In this document: one piece after another, positions 9,861 to 20,643 of the stretch
Layout of the letters: each line of letters opens with the position of its first letter
Numbering within the stretch: position 1 is the first letter of the stretch
Source of the DNA: a virus
Taxonomy: Duplodnaviria; Caudoviricetes
DNA: 64,000 bases
Reading direction: 5' to 3' (one strand)
Virus record (IMG/VR): IMGVR_UViG_3300001528_000580
Location: 160,001 to 224,000 of that record
The notes under the pieces: model-generated
What the model saw: the letters and a program-made list of their open reading frames with translations, nothing else
Database searches by the model: none
Told to the model about the DNA's origin: nothing
Made by a program: the position numbers and the translations under genes

Positions 9861-11372
9861 TTATATGACATTGCTTATATCATATTTATTTGCAAATGCG
9901 AAGTTGCTTTTGCAAAAATCAATATAAGATTTCAATATCATATCATTTGCTACATAAACATCATTTGATTTATGAGGTTCTGCTTTAACAAATTGAATAA
10001 GAGAATGAATAAACTCAAGTCTATCTACAAATTTCTCGTATTTGTTAGTAGAAGCACAAAATCTAAGTTCTATTGTAGAACCATTAGAAATATTAACTGC
10101 TGAATGTCTTCCGTAATCAGATACTCCCCACTCTGTTCTTCTTTTCATAACATGACTGCAATAATTATTGAATTCTCTACCACAAAAAACTTCCATCAAT
10201 TCAAAGTTTAAGTTAATAAAACAATCAAGGAATGAAATTTCATCAGAATTCAATTTATCTCTGCCAATGTGACAATGAATACCACAGTTATTATAATTTG
10301 TAATTCCTAATTCTTGAATAGTACCAAATAATCCTTCCCACGGAATCTTATTCATATGAGCTTTAAATGTTGCAGGATGAGAAACAATCTCTACCCCATA
10401 ACTGGGAATACTGGAATCCTTCTTAAAATAAAGAAGTTTTCTATTTGTGAAAATTTGTACTAATCGATCTATATTTGAACTATTGGAACAACCACCAATT
10501 TCAAATTCAACTCCAAGAAAAATAGGATTTACCTCACCATCTGTGGAAGTAAACTTCAATTTAAATGGTTTATAAGAATAGTTTAATATATGTGAATCTG
10601 GATTACATTTATTACAATGAGAACCATCCATATCAATACATTTGTAGTTAAGGTTATATGTGAATTCGCAATCTTCACAAGTAAAATAATTTTTTGAAAA
10701 ACATTTAGAACAAAACTTTTTAGTTCTTGTCATACCATCATTGAATCGAAAAGTATTCACATTATTAATATAAAAATGTGAACAACAATCACATTTTTTA
10801 ATATCAAGATGTTTGCTATCCTTACAATTTAAACATGTAAAGAATTGATTATTATTTTTATCATGGTAAACAATACCATTTTCTTTTAAAATAAATACGT
10901 TACAATGATTACATTTACGATATTTGTTTTCAAAGCATCTTTTGCAAATATCTGCAATAATTTCATCTTCTTTTAAATGAAGATTTCCACATGAAACACA
11001 GTTAACATATTTATCTTTACAATTATGACAAAGGATTTCATTTCTTTTTGTAATGCTAACATCTTTAATGTGAAACTTTTTACAACAACCACGGCATTCA
11101 AATTTAGCCTTTTCAAAACATTCATCACAAAAATCTTTCCCCATAAAAGATTTTTTAGATTCATCGGTTAATTCTTTGTCACAAAAACAACATGTATCTG
11201 CAAAACAGAATTTTGCATCTCCACTTCTAAGATAAATATCTTTTAATGTCTCATACAATTCTGCTTCACCATAATACCTATCATTTTCATTTTTATAGGT
11301 TTTAAACTTATTCATCTGCTTCATCATTCTCATGAACTCATCACTATCAGGTATATTAGGCATAATTACCAT
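9861..11372 (-). CDS. amidoligase (COOH-NH2 ligase) family protein with Cys-rich N-terminus, copy 1
   Basis: Many CxxC; GVEFEIG, KKDSSI, GVEIVSHP, CGIHCH, TIELR. Confidence 0.8.
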   Translation of the reverse strand: MVIMPNIPDSDEFMRMMKQMNKFKTYKNENDRYYGEAELYETLKDIYLRSGDAKFCFADTCCFCDKELTDESKKSFMGKDFCDECFEKAKFECRGCCKKFHIKDVSITKRNEILCHNCKDKYVNCVSCGNLHLKEDEIIADICKRCFENKYRKCNHCNVFILKENGIVYHDKNNNQFFTCLNCKDSKHLDIKKCDCCSHFYINNVNTFRFNDGMTRTKKFCSKCFSKNYFTCEDCEFTYNLNYKCIDMDGSHCNKCNPDSHILNYSYKPFKLKFTSTDGEVNPIFLGVEFEIGGCSNSSNIDRLVQIFTNRKLLYFKKDSSIPSYGVEIVSHPATFKAHMNKIPWEGLFGTIQELGITNYNNCGIHCHIGRDKLNSDEISFLDCFINLNFELMEVFCGREFNNYCSHVMKRRTEWGVSDYGRHSAVNISNGSTIELRFCASTNKYEKFVDRLEFIHSLIQFVKAEPHKSNDVYVANDMILKSYIDFCKSNFAFANKYDISNVI

Positions 11373-11513
11373 TTCACTCCTTAATGAAATTTTTATTTTA
11401 ATTTGTCATAACTATAAAATAGCATTGATTTTATTTATTACAAGCATAAAAACAAAAAAAATGAAAAAAATTTTATAAATTTAATAAATTAAAAAGATAA
11501 AAGGAGATTTGTT

Positions 11514-12059
11514 ATGAATTTAATAAGTAAAGAACTTATGAAGTTATCAAAAGAAATATACAAAATAGCATCAACTGGAAATTCAGGAATTGATTTTGAG
11601 TTGCACACAGAAGGTGAATTTGTTTTTAAAGTTGAATTTGATGGTAAAAAAATAAAATTTGGTAAAAAACCAATTGAAACACCAAGATTATTATCATTTG
11701 ATGCTATTGGAGATGAAGAAGGTTCTGAAAATATCAAAGAAAAGTTAATTGAAATTAAAAATGCATTCTTCAAAAAGGATGAATTATTTGATTACTTTGG
11801 TTCTTTAGCTCGCAATAAAGAAATAGAAGTTGGAACATATGAAGTAAAATTAACATTAGATAAAAATCCAGTAAAAACATTATTTAATGGTGGAAGAAGA
11901 GGATATTTAACTGGTGGTGAAGATATTACTTTTGATGAAGTTCCTTATACATTAACTTTTGAAGATGATGAAATTGAAAAAGGAAAATGTGAAGTTCAAA
12001 TTGTCTTTACAAATGCAATTGAAAAATGGTATGATGAAACATTTAAGAAGTACAGATAA
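11514..12059 (+). CDS. hypothetical protein with shared N-terminal leader motif
   Basis: GGAG SD; SKEIYKIA leader; counter-oriented. Confidence 0.75.
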   Translation: MNLISKELMKLSKEIYKIASTGNSGIDFELHTEGEFVFKVEFDGKKIKFGKKPIETPRLLSFDAIGDEEGSENIKEKLIEIKNAFFKKDELFDYFGSLARNKEIEVGTYEVKLTLDKNPVKTLFNGGRRGYLTGGEDITFDEVPYTLTFEDDEIEKGKCEVQIVFTNAIEKWYDETFKKYR

Positions 12060-12084
12060 TATAAAAAAATAAAATGCAAATAAT

Positions 12085-12113
12085 AAAAATGACTGGAATT
12101 TTCCAGTCATTTT
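12085..12113. terminator. bidirectional terminator
   Basis: AAAATGACTGGAA-TT-TTCCAGTCATTTT between convergent genes. Confidence 0.8.
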
Positions 12114-12505
12114 TAATTTAATCTTAAAAAATTATTGTTTTCATTATTCAATTCATCAAGAACTTTCTTACAAGCATCCTCTGCTATTTTAACACCAATT
12201 TTATAATATTTATCATTTCTTATGTCAAGATATTTTTGAAATATATTAAAAACTTCTTTTTTGAATTTTAAGTCATTAGAAATAATATATAAATATGGTG
12301 GATAACCAACTACATTATTTAATTCTAACTCTTCAAAATCTCTGATTAAGTGTTTTTTTCCACTTGAGGTTTCTTCGACATATATATCATGTGTATTAGG
12401 ATGTTGAGAATATTTAATTACTTTATCTTTTATTATTCTAAAAATAAAATAATTACCTTTTTTATCTGTATCTATTACAGCTATATATAGATATAAGTTA
12501 TTCAT
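12113..12505 (-). CDS. hypothetical protein
   Basis: 130-aa ORF, GGAG SD. Confidence 0.65.
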   Translation of the reverse strand: MNNLYLYIAVIDTDKKGNYFIFRIIKDKVIKYSQHPNTHDIYVEETSSGKKHLIRDFEELELNNVVGYPPYLYIISNDLKFKKEVFNIFQKYLDIRNDKYYKIGVKIAEDACKKVLDELNNENNNFLRLN

Positions 12506-12565
12506 ATTTATCTCCTAGTTGTCTATAGTACAAATAATATACAATAAAATTAAAAAAATATGAAT

Positions 12566-12754
12566 TTATTGCTCATCTTTTTCATATTTTTTCATTATAT
12601 TTACTATCTGTTTTCTTTGATTAGCAGATAAGTTTGATTTTTTCTGCTTTATAAGTTCATATTCTTTTTTTATATTTATTCCTATCATTTCAAACTCTGC
12701 TTCAATTTGTTTAAATGGGAATTTTATATCAATATCAAATAAAGATTTATTCAT
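12566..12754 (-). CDS. small hypothetical protein, paralogue of 12747-12932
   Basis: Shared EYELIKQKKSNLSAN; start moved to MNKSLF. Confidence 0.65.
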   Translation of the reverse strand: MNKSLFDIDIKFPFKQIEAEFEMIGINIKKEYELIKQKKSNLSANQRKQIVNIMKKYEKDEQ

Positions 12755-12932
12755 TTTCCATTTCCATAAGCATAACAATTGTTCGACGATCATTTGCAGA
12801 AAGATTTGATTTCTTTTGTTTAATCAATTCATATTCAGCAACAATATCAAATCCATTATTTTTAAATTCTTTAATAATTTCATCTTTTGTTTTGCGTTTT
12901 TCGTGACCATGATTTCCACAACTGCAACACAT
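12747..12932 (-). CDS. small hypothetical protein
   Basis: AAGGAG SD; EYELIKQKKSNLSAN. Confidence 0.7.
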   Translation of the reverse strand: MCCSCGNHGHEKRKTKDEIIKEFKNNGFDIVAEYELIKQKKSNLSANDRRTIVMLMEMENE

Positions 12933-13056
12933 AATTAAAGCTCCTTATTTGTTTGTTTATAAATAATATAATGTATTTTGTATGAAAGTCAAGTTTTTTT
13001 CTAAAAATATTTGATTTTTTTGAAATCTAAATTATATTATAGTATATGGATAAAAA

Positions 13057-13455
13057 ATGGAGATTAAAATGATTATTTATATAGAACTATCAAAGATTTT
13101 AAAAGAAAGATTAAATTTAGAAGGAAAAAATTTAAATGAATTATATGAAGATAATGATTTAAGACATATTATTGACTTAAGTAACTATCCAGAATTAAAA
13201 ACAAAATATAAAGATTATATTAGTAAACTAGATAATAAAGAATATTTAATAGATGAAGTAATTGATTGTTTTGAATTTGAAAGTGATAAAAAAATTGATT
13301 TATTTAGAAATTATATATTAACAAAAAAAGAATTAGAAAAATATGTCATTCCACTATTGAAAAAAGATGAAGATATTAAAAATTTTAATGAATTTATATT
13401 AAAAAATTTTAATGAAGATGAAGATTATATATTTTTTGAATATTATCCATTTTAA
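13057..13455 (+). CDS. hypothetical protein
   Basis: ORF downstream of a TTGATT..TATATT promoter-like sequence. Confidence 0.65.
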   Translation: MEIKMIIYIELSKILKERLNLEGKNLNELYEDNDLRHIIDLSNYPELKTKYKDYISKLDNKEYLIDEVIDCFEFESDKKIDLFRNYILTKKELEKYVIPLLKKDEDIKNFNEFILKNFNEDEDYIFFEYYPF

Positions 13456-13596
13456 TTAAAATTTCAAAATACAATAAAACAATTAAATAAAAATGCCATA
13501 AAAAATAAAAAAATCGCTTGTATTTTTATAGAAAAGCTGTATATTATATAAATACAAGGAATAAAAATATATAATTATTCTTAAAAAAGAGGTTTT

Positions 13597-14142
13597 ATGT
13601 CAAAAATAAAAAGTTATACAGAACTATGTAAATACATTACAGATGGTTTGCCAATTTCAACTATTTCAGTAGATAAAAATGATTTATCTTTTTGGAATAC
13701 TGATACAGTTGGGTATTTTCCAAATTTACAAAGATGGTTATCTTTAAATCCATCTAAAGAAGTTGGGCAAATACATTGTTCCAACTGGAAAGATACATTT
13801 GGTTTTATTAAAGATGTGAAAAATATTTCAAGTTTATTTTTTACAAAATTAGATAATAATATCGAATTTTTTGATTTAAACGATATTGATAGGATGAGAT
13901 GTTTTTTATTGATAATGTTCAATATTCTACCAAATGCCAAAAGAATTGTAATAGAAAATAATTATATCTATATTCTTGAAGATGATAATGTACAAATAGG
14001 ATATTTCATTAATTTTCTAAAATTAAAAAACATTGAAAATAAAACAATTACTTTTAGAAAAGAAAACATGGAAAAACAATTAGAAGTATTTGGATTAGGT
14101 GGTTCAGATAATACAAGAGTTATTCCTATAATTCAAGAGTAA
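13597..14142 (+). CDS. hypothetical protein
   Basis: 181 aa, GAGG SD, followed by terminator at ~14161-14193. Confidence 0.7.
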   Translation: MSKIKSYTELCKYITDGLPISTISVDKNDLSFWNTDTVGYFPNLQRWLSLNPSKEVGQIHCSNWKDTFGFIKDVKNISSLFFTKLDNNIEFFDLNDIDRMRCFLLIMFNILPNAKRIVIENNYIYILEDDNVQIGYFINFLKLKNIENKTITFRKENMEKQLEVFGLGGSDNTRVIPIIQE

Positions 14143-14229
14143 AAATAATTAAAATTTTATAAAGGACGTTATTCAAATATAACGTCTTTTTTTATATTTT
14201 TTTATTATTAAAAATAAAAGGAATAAATA

Positions 14230-14913
14230 ATGAAATTATCAAAAGGATTAACTAATATTGCTAAAATTCTAGTAGCAACAGATGAACGTAGAGGAAATGG
14301 ATCTTCATTTGAAGAGTATACTGGTGCTGTTACTTATACCTATAAGGGTCAAGAATATGAATGCACTGTTAAGAATGCATATTTTAGTATGGATAAAGAA
14401 GGTAATTTTACTTGGGAACAAGGAGATTTTATCAGTGGTGATTGGTGTAATGGAACATGGAAATCAGGTGCATGGAAAAATGGTGTTTGGCATAATGGAA
14501 CATTTGAAAATGGTACATGGGTAAAAGGCGTATGGCATGATGGTGTATGGTTAGATGGAATTTTTAAAGAAGGTTGGGTTTCAAATATTATTTGGCACAA
14601 AGGTATTTGGAAATATGGCGTATTTGAAAATGGTGAATGGTATGATGGAACATGGTTAGGTGGATTTTTTCATGGTGGTGTTTGGAAAAATGGTGAATGG
14701 GAAGGTGGAAAATGGTATGGTGGAGAATGGAACAAAGGAAGAATTAGAGGAACAGAATATACTATAAGTCCAGCAGAATTTGCCGATGGAGATGATGAAC
14801 TTGATGAAGATGATCCAGTAATAGTTGATCAAAAACAAATTCCAGTAGAAGAAAATGATTCTGATAAAGAATCTGAAACACCTTCAACAGATGATCAAAA
14901 TGGTGAAAACTAA
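14230..14913 (+). CDS. Trp/Gly-rich pentapeptide-repeat (GxWxx) protein with leader motif and acidic tail
   Basis: About 20 GxW/GxF 5-aa repeats; SKGLTNIA leader. Confidence 0.75.
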   Translation: MKLSKGLTNIAKILVATDERRGNGSSFEEYTGAVTYTYKGQEYECTVKNAYFSMDKEGNFTWEQGDFISGDWCNGTWKSGAWKNGVWHNGTFENGTWVKGVWHDGVWLDGIFKEGWVSNIIWHKGIWKYGVFENGEWYDGTWLGGFFHGGVWKNGEWEGGKWYGGEWNKGRIRGTEYTISPAEFADGDDELDEDDPVIVDQKQIPVEENDSDKESETPSTDDQNGEN

Positions 14914-15002
14914 TGGTTTAGTCTAATAATTAATATTTAGAGTTTATCCTTTAAAAGATAAACTCTTTTTTTATATACTTATAAATGAATTTAGGAGAAA
15001 AT

Positions 15003-15242
15003 ATGAGAAATTATTTAATGATTAAAAATATGTCAATAAAAGAAAATATGAAATTAATTATTGAATGTTGTGAATATAAAAATTGTAAAAAATATCTTAA
15101 TTTATTTAACTTAAATTTTTCTAAAAATGATATGTTAGAATTTTTATGGAATAATGGATTTGAAAAAGGATTAAAATATTTAACAGATGAAGAAATAAAA
15201 ACATATACATTATTTTTCTTATGTAAAAATTATGTTGAGTAA
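15003..15242 (+). CDS. hypothetical protein
   Basis: AGGAG SD before MRNYL. Confidence 0.55.
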   Translation: MRNYLMIKNMSIKENMKLIIECCEYKNCKKYLNLFNLNFSKNDMLEFLWNNGFEKGLKYLTDEEIKTYTLFFLCKNYVE

Positions 15243-15343
15243 AATTTCATTAAGAATAAATTCGTTTTATTTTTTAAAAAAAATGAATTTGTTTTATTTT
15301 TTTATAAATTCCTTTATAAAACTATAAAAGGAAAATAAATAAA

Positions 15344-15736
15344 ATGAAATATATTGAAATAGCAAGAGAAGTATATAAAATTGCGGCAAATGAAGCTACC
15401 GTTGATGCTTCAATGTGGGAAGATATAATTTATTTAATCAAAAATTTTAAAGGTGAACAAGACAGAAATGGTAAAATTATCTTAAAATTTAATTTTTGTG
15501 AATGGACAATTGATTTAAAAATAGATTATTTATTAGAAGAAAATGATGATACAAAAGAAATTTCAATAAATGAAAGTATTATTGAATTTAAAGTAAAAAA
15601 TGATGTTTATAATAAAGTAACAGAAAAATTAAAAGAAGATTTTGATAAAATAGATAATTTTGTATCAGAAATAACATCTATAAATAAAGATTTAGGAACT
15701 CAAATACAAAAAAATACATTTATGCAGTTTAGATAA
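15344..15736 (+). CDS. hypothetical protein with shared N-terminal leader motif
   Basis: AREVYKIA leader; AAGGA SD. Confidence 0.7.
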   Translation: MKYIEIAREVYKIAANEATVDASMWEDIIYLIKNFKGEQDRNGKIILKFNFCEWTIDLKIDYLLEENDDTKEISINESIIEFKVKNDVYNKVTEKLKEDFDKIDNFVSEITSINKDLGTQIQKNTFMQFR

Positions 15737-15739
15737 AAT

Positions 15740-15771
15740 AAAAAAGGAGCGAATATTCGCTCCTTTTTTTT
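15740..15771. terminator. bidirectional terminator
   Basis: AAAAAGGAGCGAATATTCGCTCCTTTTT palindrome between convergent genes. Confidence 0.85.
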
Positions 15772-16741
15772 ATACTAATAAATCAATATATTTATTACAA
15801 ATATCTTCAATCATATCTTTACCTTGAAGACAATGAATCCATTGTTTAGGAATACTATCAAAACCAAAATATGCTCCAGCAAGTGAACCATATATTGCAC
15901 CATAAGTATCTGAATCTCCTAATTTATTAATTGCCATTATCATTCCTGTTTTAAAATCATTAGCTTTTTCAAAACATTCCATTGCTAAATAGTAACTATA
16001 TACAATATTACCAGAAGCAGATTTTTCATAAAGTTCTTCAACTGTTATTGTATCTGAAAGAACTTCATTACAAACATTCATAAAAGAATATCTTTCTGGT
16101 GTGATACATTCTTTATCTACACATAAAAATGCATCTCTAATAGCTAAAGCGTATAACATTGTGAAATTCTTACAAATATTATTATTATGAGTCGTTTTTG
16201 CACTTTCAGAGGCAAAATAAGCGCACTCAACAGGAGAATCGATGAAGTATAAGGGTATTGGCAATATTCGCATTAGAGAGCCGTTTCCAAGCGTTGTTTC
16301 ATTACCATTAAAAATAGTTCCATTATCTTTAAAATTTTTTAATGCGTCTCTTGTTGCTCCACCTGATCCTATTGATTTTTCACAGCAAGATAAATATCCA
16401 TTATAAAGCCACTCATAATATTTTTTTAACTGGTCATTATAATTAAAACCATTTTCAATTAATGAATATGCAAGACATAGCATCATAGAAGTATCATCTG
16501 TCCATGTTCCAGCAGGTAAATCTTTAAAATTGTCATGACCATTTAAAGTTCCACCATGTAACATTTGTGTTACTAATCCAATTCTATCTCTCTCACTTTT
16601 ATTTTGAAATTCTACTGGCATACCAAGAGCATCACCAACTGCGCAGCCATAGAAAGCACCTTTTATTTTATTAATAATTGCATCTTTATTGCCAAACATT
16701 AGATATGTAAATTCTTTTTTTGTCATTTTTATGGTTCCCAT
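15770..16741 (-). CDS. ADP-ribosylglycohydrolase (ARH/DraG family)
   Basis: AVGDALG, WTDDT, GNGSLMR, TH, GDSDT motifs. Confidence 0.92.
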   Translation of the reverse strand: MGTIKMTKKEFTYLMFGNKDAIINKIKGAFYGCAVGDALGMPVEFQNKSERDRIGLVTQMLHGGTLNGHDNFKDLPAGTWTDDTSMMLCLAYSLIENGFNYNDQLKKYYEWLYNGYLSCCEKSIGSGGATRDALKNFKDNGTIFNGNETTLGNGSLMRILPIPLYFIDSPVECAYFASESAKTTHNNNICKNFTMLYALAIRDAFLCVDKECITPERYSFMNVCNEVLSDTITVEELYEKSASGNIVYSYYLAMECFEKANDFKTGMIMAINKLGDSDTYGAIYGSLAGAYFGFDSIPKQWIHCLQGKDMIEDICNKYIDLLV

Positions 16742-17472
16742 ATATATTGTCTAATTTTCATTAACTTTATTAACATTTTATTATCAGTATAATCTATTTT
16801 ATTATCTAACATATTATGAACACCAATTACTTTTTCTCTATCTGTTATATCGTTATCTGTTAAATATTTATAAATATATTCTGATTTGAATAATTTAGAA
16901 TTTTTAATTTCATCTAAAGAAGGATTTTTATATTTTGAATTTAATACATAGTAACCATCTTCTGATTTTTCAAAACATTCTTCTAGTGGATAACAAAAAG
17001 TTTCATGCCAGAAATGTAAAAAATATTCTGATTCTTTTTCTAAATTCTCACGTTCAATTTTCCACCAATTATATATTTCCAATACTTCATCTTTAATTGA
17101 TACTTCATTTATATTGATGAAGTTTTTTTCTTCCTGTTCACCAAATGGCAAATAGGAAATAAATCTATATTCATCTTCAAAATATGCAGCATCCAATTGT
17201 TTACTTTCTACAAATTGACAAAGTAAATTCATATTTGCATGTAAAATTCTATGTGGTGTATCTGCAAAATTCAATCTATCTACTCCACATTTAACTACAT
17301 CATATCGATCAAAGCCAAATACTCTTTTAAGTTTATATGCAGGAAAAATCCATTCTACAATAAAATCATAAATACTAACTGGCAACCAATCTATATTATA
17401 TAGCCATCCTTTAAATTTTGATATAGATGATTTTTTTTCTATTTTATCATCTTTTATTTTTAAAACTCTCAT
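16729..17472 (-). CDS. hypothetical protein
   Basis: 247-aa ORF in operon. Confidence 0.7.
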   Translation of the reverse strand: MRVLKIKDDKIEKKSSISKFKGWLYNIDWLPVSIYDFIVEWIFPAYKLKRVFGFDRYDVVKCGVDRLNFADTPHRILHANMNLLCQFVESKQLDAAYFEDEYRFISYLPFGEQEEKNFININEVSIKDEVLEIYNWWKIERENLEKESEYFLHFWHETFCYPLEECFEKSEDGYYVLNSKYKNPSLDEIKNSKLFKSEYIYKYLTDNDITDREKVIGVHNMLDNKIDYTDNKMLIKLMKIRQYIWEP

Positions 17473-17473
17473 G

Positions 17474-17935
17474 TTATACCTTTTTAAAATTCATAATTTT
17501 TGTTAAATAACTATTTGTATAAATATGTGTTTCAATATCAGAATTGACACTTTCTACATATGACAATACCTTTTTGAAATTAATTGTTTTTAATTTTTCT
17601 CCAAAAATAAAAAATCTTTTTGAATATCTTATTTCATAATCCAATAAATTACTTTCAAATTCTGGATCATCTAACATATTTTGATGATGTTCACTACATA
17701 CAAAAAAAAGATTTTCTGTATATGGATAGAATATATTACATTTTTTACCAACTACTTTAACAGTATTTTTATCTATATATAAATTACAATCGTAAAAAAT
17801 ATAGTCATAATATCCTTTAATCGTTTTTAATGTTTCATTATATAAATAAAAACAATCTTGTGATGAATATCTATTTATCAATAAAGTTTTTACACCTATA
17901 ATTTCTTTACTTCCTACATCATACATTTTTAGCAT
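17474..17935 (-). CDS. hypothetical protein
   Basis: 153-aa ORF in operon. Confidence 0.65.
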   Translation of the reverse strand: MLKMYDVGSKEIIGVKTLLINRYSSQDCFYLYNETLKTIKGYYDYIFYDCNLYIDKNTVKVVGKKCNIFYPYTENLFFVCSEHHQNMLDDPEFESNLLDYEIRYSKRFFIFGEKLKTINFKKVLSYVESVNSDIETHIYTNSYLTKIMNFKKV

Positions 17936-18551
17936 TCCTTTGTCTATTGCATTTTTGACAGATTCTTCTTATCCAACCACTTGTTTCAATAATTTTATTA
18001 TTTTCTGTCTCTGAACAACCACATATTTCACATATATTATAACATTCTTTTTGTGCTTCTTTTATTAATTGGTTTACCTTTTTATAATATTCTATCTGTT
18101 CCTCTTTTGAAATATTTTTCTTTGTTTTTAAATATAAATAATTAATAAATCTTATTATTGTATTAATCGGTTTTTTCATAAAACCAATTTTTTTAGTTAT
18201 AATATATTTATAATAATAAATTTTATTATTTCTTTTTATATAACTAATTATATTATCACATAAATGTTGACCATCAGGAATTTCATATAATAATACTTTT
18301 TCATTTAAATTAAAATAAAAGCATAAAGATCCAAACTTTTCTTTAACTTGTTCTGCTTCTATGTTAAATTTAAATGGTTTCAATTCTTTATTTATTAATT
18401 CCAATTTAATGGTTAGTTTTTCTAAAGGAATAAACCACCCATCTCCACAAGTAAAACCAGATGACATACATGAATTATATGAATCTAATTTTCTTTGTTT
18501 ATATAAAATTTTACCTAATTTATACAATTTTTTTTCATGTATTATGTTCAT
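17919..18551 (-). CDS. phage hypothetical protein with C-terminal Zn finger
   Basis: CGDGW, QVKEKFG.L.FY and CEICG...GW...C motifs. Confidence 0.7.
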   Translation of the reverse strand: MNIIHEKKLYKLGKILYKQRKLDSYNSCMSSGFTCGDGWFIPLEKLTIKLELINKELKPFKFNIEAEQVKEKFGSLCFYFNLNEKVLLYEIPDGQHLCDNIISYIKRNNKIYYYKYIITKKIGFMKKPINTIIRFINYLYLKTKKNISKEEQIEYYKKVNQLIKEAQKECYNICEICGCSETENNKIIETSGWIRRICQKCNRQRNAKNV

Positions 18552-18608
18552 TATATGCTCCGTATTTCAATAATATATTAATATAACACATGAAATAAAA
18601 AATACAAA

Positions 18609-19604
18609 TTAAAAGTTAAAATTTGTATTACTTCTCATATATTCTTTAAACTCTTGACGACATTTTTGAATATCTTTAAGAACATCATTAAAATTATGTG
18701 ATTTAATGAAATAGCACAAATGTTTAATAAAATCAACTTTATTCATTAAATTTTCAATGTCAGTAGTCGATTTAAAAAATCTAAATTCTAATGTATTTTT
18801 TGATGTAAGATTAAGAGAATCATGATGTTCACTTGTATCAGATCTCCCCCAACAACTTACAGTTTTACTTCTTTTTATACAGTATCTATTAAATGCTCTT
18901 TCTCCTACAATAGACATCAAATCAGAAAACTCATTTACAATAAAATCGGCAGTTCTAATATTATCATCTTCAAAAAAAGAACGATTTACGTGAAAATGAA
19001 TACCACAATTATCTGTAGATTGAATATCAAGTTCTTTCAATCTTTCAAATATACTTCTCCACGGCATAATTGATTTATGTGCCATTGCTGTTGCAGGATG
19101 ACTAACAATTTCAAATCCATAATTGGGAATACTTGTATCATATTTAGAATAAACATGTGGATTTTTAAAAAATTCATACAAAAACTTTTCAGCATTTGAT
19201 TTTTCTCCACCACTAATTTCATATTCAATACCGATAAACAAGTCTTCATCATCTTTCATTTTATAAAAAATTGGCTCTGGTTTATAGAAGTAATCTCTGA
19301 TATATTTTGGATTACGACAATCATAACACAAACACCATGATGTATCACGATCAAATACATTTCCACAACTTTCGCAAATGTTCAGATTTTTTTTACAATC
19401 ACAACAAAGAAATTTGCAACCACCTTCATTTAACCAAATCCGGTATGAACAATCTTTTTCAAGAAGAATATTACAGTTACAACATTCTTCATAAGATCTT
19501 AAATCACAGCACTTTTTACAAATTTTAATTCTTTCAACTCCCAAATCTTTTACAATTTCTACATCGATTGTGGCGTTTTTAGAATTACAGAAGAAACAAT
19601 TCAT
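18609..19604 (-). CDS. amidoligase family protein, copy 2
   Basis: CxxC-rich N-terminus; GIEYE, KYDTSI, GFEIVSHP, CGIHFH, TLEFR. Confidence 0.8.
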   Translation of the reverse strand: MNCFFCNSKNATIDVEIVKDLGVERIKICKKCCDLRSYEECCNCNILLEKDCSYRIWLNEGGCKFLCCDCKKNLNICESCGNVFDRDTSWCLCYDCRNPKYIRDYFYKPEPIFYKMKDDEDLFIGIEYEISGGEKSNAEKFLYEFFKNPHVYSKYDTSIPNYGFEIVSHPATAMAHKSIMPWRSIFERLKELDIQSTDNCGIHFHVNRSFFEDDNIRTADFIVNEFSDLMSIVGERAFNRYCIKRSKTVSCWGRSDTSEHHDSLNLTSKNTLEFRFFKSTTDIENLMNKVDFIKHLCYFIKSHNFNDVLKDIQKCRQEFKEYMRSNTNFNF

Positions 19605-19608
19605 CTTA

Positions 19609-20562
19609 TCAATCCTTATATTTGATATTTAATAATTTAATAATATTTTCTTTTGCTTGTTTATTGTGTTGTTCATAAACTGAACGATATATATCTTTAT
19701 TACTTAAATCTGTAAGAAATTTTTTTCTTCCATTGTAAAATTGTTCTTTGGTTATAAAGGTCAAATATTCATTTTCAATATTTTCATCAGCATTACATAA
19801 TTTATCGAAATTATAAAAATAAGAATAATCTAAGTCATGCATGATATTACAGAGTTTCATTATCATGTTAAAAAGTTTTGGACTATCACAAAATAAATAT
19901 TCTTTTTTTTCTTCAAATGAAATTGTACTTTTAATAATACTAGATGCAATATCTGTTTCTTTGCTTTCAATAATATTATTTTGTAATTTAACAGTTGATT
20001 GGTATTCGTTATCATTATCTATTGCTCCTGGAACATAAACACAATCATGATAACAAATTGCAGCACAAAGAATATTATATTCTTCATTTGTAAGATCAAT
20101 ATGTTCAAGTTGATTAAGTAAATCGATAATATGATCAATATTATGATAGTTATTGGAATTATTATAAAAACGCTTTGCTTTATTAAATACGATTTGTTTA
20201 AAAATATTTTTTTCAAGAATATATGGATTATATTCTTTTTTTTCACCAGAATCATTAATACAGACAAAAACTAAATCTGTGGACAAGACAATTTGTTCAT
20301 TTCTTACAACTTGAATTTTAAATGAGAGAGATGTTTTTCCGCAACATGGTTCATTAACAATAAATTTAATAACATCATTTGCGTGTACCGGATTGTGAAA
20401 AATTGTTTCTGCTATCTTTAAAGTTACAAATTTTTCATTTGGGAATAATTCTCTTGTAAAAAGAGCACCTGCTTCATCAATCCAATCAAGCATTCTTCCA
20501 CCATAGAGATTATTATTCAATCCAATATCAAAATTTTTCACTAAATGAGTTGTAATAAGCAT
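19609..20562 (-). CDS. hotdog acyl-CoA thioesterase fused to HD-domain phosphohydrolase
   Basis: NNLYGGRMLDWIDEAG (YciA-like); YHNIDH...YHD...HDLD...EY...F..GR. Confidence 0.8.
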   Translation of the reverse strand: MLITTHLVKNFDIGLNNNLYGGRMLDWIDEAGALFTRELFPNEKFVTLKIAETIFHNPVHANDVIKFIVNEPCCGKTSLSFKIQVVRNEQIVLSTDLVFVCINDSGEKKEYNPYILEKNIFKQIVFNKAKRFYNNSNNYHNIDHIIDLLNQLEHIDLTNEEYNILCAAICYHDCVYVPGAIDNDNEYQSTVKLQNNIIESKETDIASSIIKSTISFEEKKEYLFCDSPKLFNMIMKLCNIMHDLDYSYFYNFDKLCNADENIENEYLTFITKEQFYNGRKKFLTDLSNKDIYRSVYEQHNKQAKENIIKLLNIKYKD

Positions 20563-20643
20563 TTCAAAAATCCCTTTTATGTTTCAATATAAATAATATA
20601 GCACATAAAAAGAGAAAATCAACCATATATATAATTATTTTAG

